From NCBI GenBank assembly GCA_037447605.1, contig JBBHKD010000050.1, positions 1-9,261 on the forward strand: a stretch of DNA of 9,261 nt, written 5' to 3'. The stretch is from Zygnema circumcarinatum SAG 698-1b (lineage: Eukaryota; Plantae; Zygnematophyceae). Positions 1 through 7,830 of the stretch are shown piece by piece. Within the stretch, counting starts at the first letter, position 1. Each line of letters opens with the position of its first letter. The translations under genes were made by a program, and so were the position numbers. The notes beneath the pieces were generated by a model. That model made no database searches. It was not told the origin of the DNA and saw nothing but the letters and a program-made list of their open reading frames with translations.

Positions 1-1019
1 ATGGTATTTGCCATCGCGCTGCGGCCTTCGGTGGTGCGCTCATCGCGTAGCGATACATGTAGCGAGATGGGTCTACAACCCGATGGGATCTGAAATCAAC
101 GTTGTCACGGCTTGCTTGAATGTCCCTTATGTCGGGGAGTGGCGACGACATACGCTTTGGCCGATTCGAGGACAGCTTCGATTGGCGCCTCGCCTTCGGC
201 GCTCGAGGGCAAGCTTGATCCACTGGTCACTCCTTAAGATACGCTGGCATTTGCCTTTTCCTGAGTGTCTCAGCCAAGCCTGCGCATCTTCTTTTGCTAG
301 CAGGTGAAGCCTCTGAGTGATGATGCGAGTGAGGCATCCACCTCACCTCACTCTTTTAGGGAATCAAGGCTATGGGTTTGTCATCATCTGCTTCCATCTT
401 TATTTGGGGAATAGTCGGCTTCGTGTGCTTCTGCGAGGAGGTTGAGTTCAGCTGGAGGGTCGATGCGATCGTCTGCCCTTGCCTGAAGCTGCTCGCACGG
501 GGCTGCCGGATGGGTAAGTCGTGAAAGCCGGAGGTGAGGGTGTCTTCTGATGATTCCCTTGCTCTGCTGTAGGACTGCGTGCCGCTGCAGTGCTTGAAGG
601 GACTCCTGGTGCGGTAGTTATCCGACTGAGATCCCGTGGGTTCTGTCTCTGTGGGGCCGCGGTGGGGACCTCAGGTTCGAACGGCACTCCTCTCTTCACG
701 GCATGGCTGACGTGGCGGCGGCTAGGCGGTGCAAGCGATCATCGGCGTCGCGTATTGCCGGCGGATTTGTAGCCCATCCTTTGCAGAGGCGGTCGTTGCG
801 GCTCTTCAGCTTTCGATGCGCTCAAGGTAAGCCAGGCTGGGGTAAGGGTTTATAGCCGGTTATGCCCATCTTCAGTCTCTCTCTGACTGCTTCTTCCTCT
901 GAGTCTGAATCCGTCCTTGGATTTCCGATCGCCTGTTCTTCTTCTTCTTGAGGTGCCAAGTCTTCATCTGAATACTCATGAAGATCTGCCTGTCCCTCTT
1001 GCTGCAGCTCTTCATCCAT
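1..1019 (-). pseudogene. gag: Frameshifted gag-like ORF of the element at 1-1293
   Basis: ATG at 1019 in GCCGCCATGG context gives an acidic N-terminus (MDEELQQEGQADLHEYSDEDLAPQEEEE...), then a Pro/Ser-rich part (448-699). Pieced across frames, ~290-100 reads KEDAQAWLR...SDQWIKLAL...EGEA...FKQAV, resembling the Ty3-type capsid (DAxxWL...LA...L.G.A...F) pattern. Stops and frameshifts throughout. Confidence 0.55.
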
Positions 1020-1089
1020 GGCGGCTGTGACATGGGTCACAGGATCGGCAGCCTCACGTATCAAGGTACGTGGATCTGCAAAACCTATA

Positions 1090-1101
1090 GCTCTGATACC
1101 A
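1090..1101 (-). promoter_or_regulatory. Primer-binding site complementary to the 3' end of initiator tRNA-Met
   Basis: Minus strand TGGTATCAGAGC(TATAGGTTTT), the canonical plant iMet PBS, directly abutting the LTR end. Confidence 0.9.
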
Positions 1102-1293
1102 AGATAAGTGGGGTTAAAAGGAGATTGCTGAGCTAGTCGCAGATGCTGTACGGCCACCCGAGCGTCCGTGCTNNNNNNNNNNGTTCCCGAGTGCGCCTTG
1201 CTGGATGGTGTGCTGTTCCGTGGGCCGCCAACACATGGCGCCGCCTTCTCTCAATCTCCGTTGGCAGCTCCTGGATTCCGTTGATCCGTGACA
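1102..1293 (-). repeat. 5' LTR (copy A), interrupted by an assembly gap
   Basis: 1102-1172 matches 2129-~2215 (exact CAAGATAAGTGGGGTTAA at 1100-1117 and 2127-2144; GAGCTAGT at 1130 and 2161). 1183-1293 matches ~2955-3064 (GTGCGCCTT 1191/2964, GCCAACACA 1227/3004, TCCGTGA 1285/3056). Confidence 0.85.
1173..1182. other. Assembly gap (10 N)
   Basis: Run of ten n characters. Confidence 1.
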
Positions 1294-1370
1294 CGGAGGA
1301 GGCATATGTCAAGTACAATTGAACTGACGCACATCCGTCGAACGCAGCTCCGTTACGCTACACCTGTAAC

Positions 1371-1424
1371 GGCTAGTACAGATAGTACGGCTAGTACGAA
1401 CAGTACGAATAATACGGACAGTAC
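1371..1424. repeat. Degenerate 9-bp tandem repeat, 6 units
   Basis: GGCTAGTAC AGATAGTAC GGCTAGTAC GAACAGTAC GAATAATAC GGACAGTAC, followed by two 8-bp degenerate units to 1440. Confidence 0.85.
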
Positions 1425-1671
1425 GGTAACACGAAGTTACGGCGGAACGCCGGATTCCGTACAGAAAGGTGGTTTCGGCAAAATTGGGGCGAAATTCTTG
1501 GGGACGACCTCCTCAGGGCGGTAAATACGAGGACGGTTGACTGTAGCCAATGCTTAATTCGCCCGACAGGCGTACTAAATTGATTTGGCCGTGGTCAATG
1601 TCTGACCCCCCCTAATAATGCCACTTCCTCTTCTCGTCATGAATGTATCACAGTTCGGACCAGTGGATCGG

Positions 1672-1777
1672 CAACCATTGGACAACCATTGGATGGCAAT
1701 GGTTGGACGTCTACTGGTTGGCAACCAGTCGAATGGTTATATCCATTAAATCAAATGGTTGGCAACCATTAAATCAC
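1672..1777. repeat. Cluster of CAACCA/TGGTTG motifs in alternating orientation forming several palindromes
   Basis: CAACCA at 1672, 1683, 1722, 1763; TGGTTG at 1700, 1715, 1756. Inverted pairs 1683-1705 (9-bp arms), 1713-1729 and 1754-1770 (8-bp arms, 1-nt spacer). CCATTAAATCA occurs twice. Confidence 0.85.
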
Positions 1778-2123
1778 TAGTTGTAGCGAAGCCCGAGCGC
1801 TACGATTGCAAAAGCACGTCGGCGTTTAGGAGAAAACTATGCAGTTGACGTACATATCTCCATTACAGCGATGCGAGTCGGTATGCGAATCCGTGATGCG
1901 CGCTCACATGCGCATCAGGCTTGATACATACGGTCTAATCACGTTATAGTGTCATGGGGTCCCCACACATTTGTGTCGCTATATATGGTAACTGACCCGT
2001 TTGTCATTTCACATTTATAGTAACAATATTATTACATATGTTTTTCTTGATATATCGATGCGACTTTGTCACCAGTACATTGTACTTTTTGGTGATAGAT
2101 CGCATTGAATTCAGGTGTTGGCA

Positions 2124-2128
2124 GCACA
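2124..2128 (+). repeat. Target-site duplication, left copy (GCACA; partner 3065-3069)
   Basis: Identical 5-mers sit exactly at the boundaries predicted from LTR A. The repeat extends to 6 bp (AGCACA) if A3064 is counted as target rather than LTR. Confidence 0.8.
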
Positions 2129-2286
2129 AGATAAGTGGGGTTAAGAGAGAAGGCTGGCGAGAGCTAGTTCTGCGGTCTTTATGCACACACGCGACCCACC
2201 AGCGGCGTCCATCTTTGAAAGCCCAATGAAGGGTTGGGTTGGTCTTTGTGGAGTGCACTGCGGCATAGAGCGGGGATTCAGAGGTA

Positions 2287-2374
2287 CTTGGCGCGAACGT
2301 GGGGATCACGAAGATGTTCCCCACTTACGTACGGACCCGATCGCGCCAAGGAGAGCCTTTCCTTGGGGGCTCTC
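2287..2374. other. Overlapping inverted repeats in the 3' (U5-side) part of the solo LTR
   Basis: CTTGGCGCGA 2287-2296 / TCGCGCCAAG 2341-2350; GTGGGGA 2299-2305 / TCCCCAC 2318-2324; CCAAGGA 2346-2352 / TCCTTGG 2360-2366; GAGAGCC 2351-2357 / GGCTCTC 2368-2374. Confidence 0.75.
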
Positions 2375-2536
2375 TTCCCCTGCCCTCTCCTCGGCTAGTC
2401 TCTTAGCTAGGCTTCTAGTTATCATTGGTCATTGGGCGGAGCATAAGGCAGGATTTCACAAGATGGTAGCTTGGCATAGTGACAACAAAGGGAAAACAGG
2501 ACTCAACTTAGATAAAGGTTGTATTTTGGAAAGTCA

Positions 2537-2559
2537 CCCCAGCCAGCGGTTGGCTGGGG
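2537..2559. other. GC-rich hairpin inside the solo LTR
   Basis: CCCCAGCCA-GCGGT-TGGCTGGGG: perfect 9-bp stem, 5-nt loop. Function unknown. Confidence 0.7.
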
Positions 2560-3746
2560 ATTGTCATTACAATGAAAGTATCTTCTCACTGAAATCTTTG
2601 TCTGGCTGGGCTTAATGGGATGTCTAAATACTGTCGGCAAGAAGACTCTTTTCTCTTTCTCTCTATATGCAATGGAACTCTCTCTCACTCTCTCATAATT
2701 AGCATCTCACATTCTTTGGGCTGAAGAAGAAGGCGGAAAGAAGAACAAGACAACAAACCACGACCAAATCTGAAATACTAAACCCGGCACTAAAAGACAA
2801 ACGAGCATCATGACATCCCATCCTACTTAACGACAATAGATCATAGACCTTAGCGATGTGACCCGATTATTAGCGCGCCTTGAGCTTTGACTAACTTCAC
2901 GTGGAGCCTTATGATAGGTCAACAAATGACAATCGGTGACATTATGTCGCGGCGCTTTTCGAGGTGCGCCTTCGCTGGTGGTGTGTCTTTGTTCGTGGGC
3001 CACGCCAACACAGCGCCCGCCTTCGCATTTTAGTGCGGCCACTCTGGTCGGGCGGTCCGTGATAGCACATAGGAGTATGGCAAAATTTGTGAGCGGTGTG
3101 GATCCCTAAAGGTAGAGCGCCAGCTTTCAGATTCACGCTATCATGCGCATGCGGGAAAACAAAGCGCGCCCCACTAGCGAGCGCAACGAAGAAGAGACAA
3201 AGGGCAGGGGAGGAGCCAATGATGACGTGGACGGGAGCCGCGTCAGTGGCCGTGTGGAGAAGCTTCCTCGTACATTCGGCAATGGGGAGTATCGGCAGGA
3301 CCGGAGGTGGAGGAGACGGCCGGCTGGCGAAATGTGGGCGAAGGGGCAAAAAGTGGCGGGAAGTGCAGAATTGGCGGCGGGAACGAGAATTGGACCAATG
3401 AGGAGTCGTCATGGCGGAGGTCCGCTGTCGATGCGCCAAACGGTAAACCATGTGAGGAGGAACGGCGGCGTGGCGGCCCGAATGTCGATCCGGTGTGAAA
3501 CGCCGGCGCGGGCACCGTTGCCACTAGGTGAGGGCCTTCGAATGATGGCTTTAACGCTGGGATCTCGGCGGACGACACAAATGAAGGGGCCCAACGGAAG
3601 GCCGTTGAGTGGGACTGGCGAAGTTCCCAAACCAAAGTAATTTGGCGGGGCTTCTACGATTGAAGGAAGAAGCCCGGCGTCAGCCTCAAAATTGACGGTT
3701 TAATGCGCTGTACGCGGCGTTAGAGGTGGTGGGAGGCCATGGAATC

Positions 3747-3754
3747 TAGGGTTT
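3747..3754 (-). promoter_or_regulatory. Telo-box-like motif (AAACCCTA)
   Basis: Minus strand AAAACCCTAGATTCCATGGCC: plant telo-box 6 nt before an ATG (3740). The motif is seen directly; its function is not shown. Confidence 0.35.
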
Positions 3755-3909
3755 TGGGCGGGAGGGCTAGGGCGAAGGCTGGGCGACCCGATCGGGGGAG
3801 AAGCGCATCATGCGTAGAAGAGGGGCTGGCCAGAGGAAGGAAGATCCAAAGAATGCAGGGCTTCGCGGCCATAGAGGCTGTGAGGGAGAAGCGATTGAGG
3901 AGTGAGCGG

Positions 3910-4886
3910 TGTTGTACGTGAAGGCTGTTGGAGCACGGATACTGTTACGCTCACGGGCGCCACCTGTGATAATACCCTCCATTGGAACTCTCGGTTCCCA
4001 CCGATGAAGACATCTTTCACTCTCTCTCACTCTATCTCACTTCACTCATAGCCCATAACTCACTGAATGAACGCAGAGACGAGCACAGCGGAAATCACAC
4101 ACGAGAGAGTGTAGGAGAAAGCTCACGGCTCTAAAACTCCTTTATAATAAGAATGTCGCCGCGGTTTACCACCTCTCACTAGCTTCTTCTCCTTACCACT
4201 TCACCTTACAACTTCAGCGAGGCGTGGCCGAACTTAACGAGCCTGAGAATGAATCCGCGGGACTCTGGTGATCTAATGTGGTTACATCCTACGCAACAAA
4301 GCTAAACCTATATACGCCATGGCGGTGATACGTGACATCTTCCTTGTTGACCAATGTCCGTGCGGCCATCTCTATCGTTCGGCGGCCGGGTACAGCGTTC
4401 AACATCCCGACTTCCGGGTCTTTGGCCAAAACCTCGCCGCGGGCGCGACCTATGGTCGAATTAAGGTAAAATGCAGTTCCGCGCCGCCCCGCTCCCCGAA
4501 CTTGTGCGTCCGGATTCGGTATGGAGAACTTCGCCTGCGCCCGTCCGTGCAGTAGCGCCCGCCTTATCATGTTCGTTCAGCAGCGCACCGGCACATTCAG
4601 CGCCCGTCAGCGGGCGAAATCCTGTGCGTCGCATTTTGGCGATTCACGCGTCGGCGTGAACGCCTCGGTCTCCTCCGTAGTTGACCTACGTCGATCCAGC
4701 GGACGCACTAGAATGCGGCAGCGATTCGCCGACATCACCGACATCCTCGCGTGCAGACCCGCAAACATTGGCCACGACGTATTTCACGGGGCACTACTAG
4801 CCCGGATCTCATGTTTCCCAAGCGGGGACACAACAATGTTGGTGTGAACCGATACAATGTCTAACTATAGCACACTAACACTAAAA
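3910..4886 (-). repeat. Putative 3' LTR of the Copia element (~0.98 kb)
   Basis: Starts right after the PPT (T[T]TTAGTGTTAG; a TG start at 4880 is an alternative), contains TATAAA at 4146-4141, and ends ...CACGTACAACA at 3910 (typical Copia CAACA end). The left boundary cannot be verified without the 5' LTR; alternative end at 3965. Confidence 0.6.
4141..4146 (-). promoter_or_regulatory. Candidate LTR TATA box
   Basis: Minus strand TTATTATAAAGGAG followed by a CT-rich stretch, within the putative LTR. Confidence 0.45.
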
Positions 4887-4887
4887 A

Positions 4888-4897
4888 TCCCCCTCTT
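4888..4897 (-). promoter_or_regulatory. Polypurine tract (PPT)
   Basis: AAGAGGGGGA on the minus strand immediately after the RNase H C-terminus, the typical Copia GAGGGGGAG-like PPT position. Confidence 0.85.
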
Positions 4898-4899
4898 GG

Positions 4900-5370
4900 G
4901 CCACAGATCCTCATGGGCCCAAGCCCAAAGAGTCTGATAATCACTATTAGCGTCTCACCACTAACTCCTTTAGTCAACATATCCGCAGCCTGCTCCTTCG
5001 TCCCCACGAACTTCACAACAATCATCCCTCCTCACACTAATTACCATAATGGTATTGTACTCTAATGTGCTTTGTCCTCTTGTAAACCACAGGGGTTTTC
5101 AACAAGAGCGCCGGGCGTGGTTGTCGTGAACAAAGTCAAGGGGCGTTGTGGCCTCTTACGCACTCATCAAAGAAATGTTTGGAACCCAAGGCTTCCTCCT
5201 TATTGCGTGACATGCTCCCATGTACTATTGCCGATTTTGAACAGCGCCGGCAGAATCGTAGCTTCGAGCTCCATGAGATGCGCTCCACTAGCGTTCGGTA
5301 CACAAATCGGTGATGCGCGAGGTAATCACGTCACCTCGGTCGAGTCGGTGTATCCGTCACTCTGTTGGGC
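4900..5370 (-). pseudogene. pol: Copia RNase H domain (frameshifted)
   Basis: Across frames: GYTDS (~5355-5340), ISWSSK (~5275), DN...ENP, YKRTKHIRVQYHY (~5085-5045), EEGMIVVKFVGTKEQAADMLTKGVSGE (~5035-4950). Confidence 0.93.
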
Positions 5371-5399
5371 CCTCTCGTAACGAAGTCAGGTACTCGAGG

Positions 5400-6340
5400 G
5401 GTCCACGTCTGAGCCAGGAAGATTAAAGCTTCCGCGACCTCCCAATGCTCCGGGCGGGATTCTCCATGAACCGACTTGCGGTAGCTCACGGCCTTGGCCC
5501 AAATTAGGTCCGGGTACAATCATTGGTACGTGGCTTCCAATAGGAATGCGTACGGCACTTTCGTGCATCGCGGTATCTAAAGTAAAGTACGCGCGAAACC
5601 ATATCTTTTCGACAATCTGTAGCCGTCTCCGCCAGTGGTGCACCGCGATGCGCGCTCCTCCCATAACAGACCGGCTGTACATCCTTGTGCGTACTTCGCC
5701 CGACTTAGGGGCAGACTTCCCGTCCGCCCTCTTGGAATTTGTATCCCGGAGATCTGCGCCTCCCTAAATCCGACATTTTGGAGATTAGCTTGCAAAAGCT
5801 TCTTGAGATCATTGATTCTCTCAAGTGAGACTAACCATAATGAGGTCATCCCGTAGATCCCAGCGTATATGAGATCTCCTCCTCTCCGCTTAATAGGTAG
5901 GCGGAATGATCCGTCTAAAAGCGCGCCAATCCGTTGCTCCTCGGAAGATGCGTCAATCTTCACAAATTACCCGGATCTGGGTGCACAGCGATCCATCGAG
6001 ACTCTTCACTAGGCTGACGGACGAGATGCTCTTGCCAGGACAACTTTTATGAGAACGCTTTCCGTAGATCTCCCTCGGCGGATCTCCGTCTGGCTCGGTC
6101 TTGATATCTAGCCCGGTGGAGATGCGTCCCCTCGGCCGGTTGCGATTCGGCGAGATTAGAACGCAGGAGGGGAGTTAAACTTCACCACGGAAGAAAGTCT
6201 CTACGTCACCCAGTCGATTCCGTGCCTAGGCGGCCTTCACTTCGGCGCTTGTAGCGTTGAACACTCAAGGTCAAAAGCCCCTTTTAAACTTCGCCCAGGC
6301 ACCCGCCCATCCAATGGCTCCTCAGCAGCCTTCCGCAGGC
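5400..6340 (-). pseudogene. pol: Copia reverse transcriptase (RVT_2-like), frameshifted
   Basis: Across frames: QRYK.R, HGIDW, VVKFNS (~6270-6170); GDLIY..IY[1-nt deletion]DDLIMVS (YxDD at ~5855-5845); ERINDLKKLLQA; KMSDLGEAQ..GIQI; IGS...PDL..AVSY...RFMENP/PEHWEVA (~5540-5420). Confidence 0.9.
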
Positions 6341-7061
6341 GGCCTACTCCAATCGCCCGTCACGTTCCTGCTCGAACTATTCCGCTGTTTATAGTCGCTG
6401 CTCGCCACTTCAGCTCCATCAAGGCCCCATCATTTGAGCCTCACCAGAAAGGTTCTTGTTTCGGTAAATCATGTAGCGATGAGCGCTCCTGAAATTAAAG
6501 GCCCGAGTCGCGTGGGCACTCTCTCACCGCATCGCCGGGAATTAATTACCGCGACGGCTGTATGGTGGGGTAGACCTCCTCTTTTCCACGCAGGTGCTTT
6601 CCTCGCGGTCACTTACGTTCTCCCACTCCACCGGGGTTTGAAGAAAATTTAAGAACGATCTAGGAGGCATCGCTGCCACTCATGAAAGTCTCTCTAAAAC
6701 ATCTCAGTGCCAGGACTCTGTAAAGTACAAAGGTACGGTTTGACCGAGTCTTCCTCATCCAACGGTGAGTGTGTAGCAGTGGAGCAAAAATATAGTCGAT
6801 TTCTCCGGCTCCAGGAAGCGGTACTTCAGGTTCGACTCAGCCTCGCCTCGGCGTTGAGTGTGTTGCGCCAGAGTCGACTCTGGCCTGCGTCTTTGATCTC
6901 CTCAAAACCGGGACACGAAGCTTCAGCCTTCGCTGGTTTCCGTCCTCATACACAATCTCCAATCCTGCCTTTTGGGGTTGGGTCTCACCTAGTCGTGTCA
7001 CCACCCCTTTCTCATCCACCGTGATGTCCCTCGAGCTCTGCACTTCCTTCGCTCGCGGGTT

Positions 7062-7150
7062 TCAAATCCTGTAGGTGCGACTGTCCATGTTGTAGCCGAG
7101 AACATATCCTTCAACGGCTCGCGGGTCAAACTTCCTCTTGTCTGGCGCCG
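7062..7150 (-). pseudogene. pol: Copia post-integrase SH3-like segment
   Basis: KRKFDPRAVEGYVLGYNMDSRTYRI in ORF 7062..7274 matches the Copia KLD.RA..G.F.GY....K.YR motif. Confidence 0.9.
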
Positions 7151-7199
7151 CTTTGTGAGCGACGGCGCCTCCGGGGTGGGAAAGCCGAAGTGGGCACCT

Positions 7200-7830
7200 C
7201 GCCCCTCCACACCTCACCAGGGAACACGATCGCCCGAGGCACAAAGATGAGCATCTATTCTTAAGGGTAGGCACTTGAACAAATGCGCCTCGAGAAAGAA
7301 GCGGGAAGGGAGTCTATAAGCATGGTCAGCATCATGTCCCCAACGTCATTTTGGCTCCATTACTTTGGGGAGTAGGGGCGAAGAATTCATACCTAATTCC
7401 ACAGAGTCTTGAGGTACTTTCGCCCGAACTCAACCGACTTGAACTCTCCCCTCCGTTGCCGACGAGTCTTGATTTGTCCGCTTTCTCTCGCTCCATCACC
7501 ACAGTCACCGCAATCTCACGAAGGCTCCAGCCTCGGACTTGTTCGCCGAGAATTTTCACCCCGAATTTTCCTCGAAAATGCGTCGAAGAGTGAAGTACCG
7601 AGCTCCTCCTCGTTGCGGTGTGCGGGGGCCACAAGGTGGGTGTGAACCAGCTCCGGTTCTCACGCGGTACTCTCTCCGCTCCTCGCGAGGTAGTTCCGAT
7701 ACGCGCCCTCTACACCTCCTTGCAAAAGGCGGGGCTCCCTTCTCCCGACATCTCGTCTAACCCGCGGTTCAGCCCCTTAGCGACAAAATTTGAACCCCAG
7801 ATGGTTAAGATGTCAAGTCTACGATGCAGA
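7200..7830 (-). pseudogene. pol: Copia GAG-pre-integrase and integrase core (frameshifted)
   Basis: HRRL.HLNHLGFKF...AKGL and FCKE (~7830-7710); ELVHT.L, RGGARYFTL/DAFSRK (~7655-7570); LCGIRYEFFAP-TPQSNG (~7405-7350). Confidence 0.9.

Larger units (their letters stand above)
1..1293 (-). mobile_element. LTR retrotransposon, probably Ty3/Gypsy (Met-PBS, chromovirus-like); 5' part only (5' LTR, PBS, gag), truncated by window start
   Basis: Minus strand reads TGTCACGG (1293)...CCCCACTTATCT (1102), then TGGTATCAGAGC (PBS), then an ATG 70 nt later and gag-like motifs. The LTR identity is confirmed by a homologous TSD-flanked solo copy at 2129-3064. The Gypsy assignment rests only on weak gag motifs. 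Confidence 0.75.
2129..3064 (-). mobile_element. Solo LTR (copy B, 936 bp) of the same family as the element at 1-1293
   Basis: Both ends are homologous to the two ends of LTR A. Flanked by direct repeat GCACA (2124-2128 and 3065-3069). No PBS follows its 3' end. Termini on minus strand are TATCACGG...CACTTATCT. Confidence 0.85.

Noticed and set aside
1090-1101. Endogenous caulimovirid origin (tRNA-Met site without a preceding CA)
   Set aside because: The upstream sequence recurs as a TSD-flanked solo LTR, which pararetroviruses do not form, and no movement or coat protein motifs were recognised.
822-1157. 111-aa ORF as listed in the track
   Set aside because: It begins at a non-ATG codon inside the LTR and reads through the PBS. 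Only the part from ATG 1019 is plausibly gag.
1288-1524. 78-aa Ser/Thr-rich ORF
   Set aside because: Its xST periodicity is just the 9-bp minisatellite, it starts inside the LTR terminus, and there is no other coding evidence.
1365-1568. Mini-LTR TGTAAC...CGACA
   Set aside because: Flanks ACACC and GGCGT are not a direct repeat, and no second copy or PBS was found.
1371-1777. CRISPR array
   Set aside because: Repeats are 6-17 bp without unique 30-40 bp spacers, and the context is eukaryotic.
1776-1951. CACTA element (CACTA...TAGTG)
   Set aside because: The inverted match does not extend past 5 bp and there is no 3-bp TSD (AAT vs TCA).
1102-3064. LTR B and LTR A as the 5'/3' LTR pair of one small element
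   Set aside because: No PBS after B, no PPT before A, B has its own TSD, and the PBS follows A instead.
2677-4033. Shared 15-mer ACTCTCTCTCACTCT (2677-2691 and 4019-4033) suggesting the two LTR families are related
   Set aside because: Low-complexity CT tract with no extended flanking homology.
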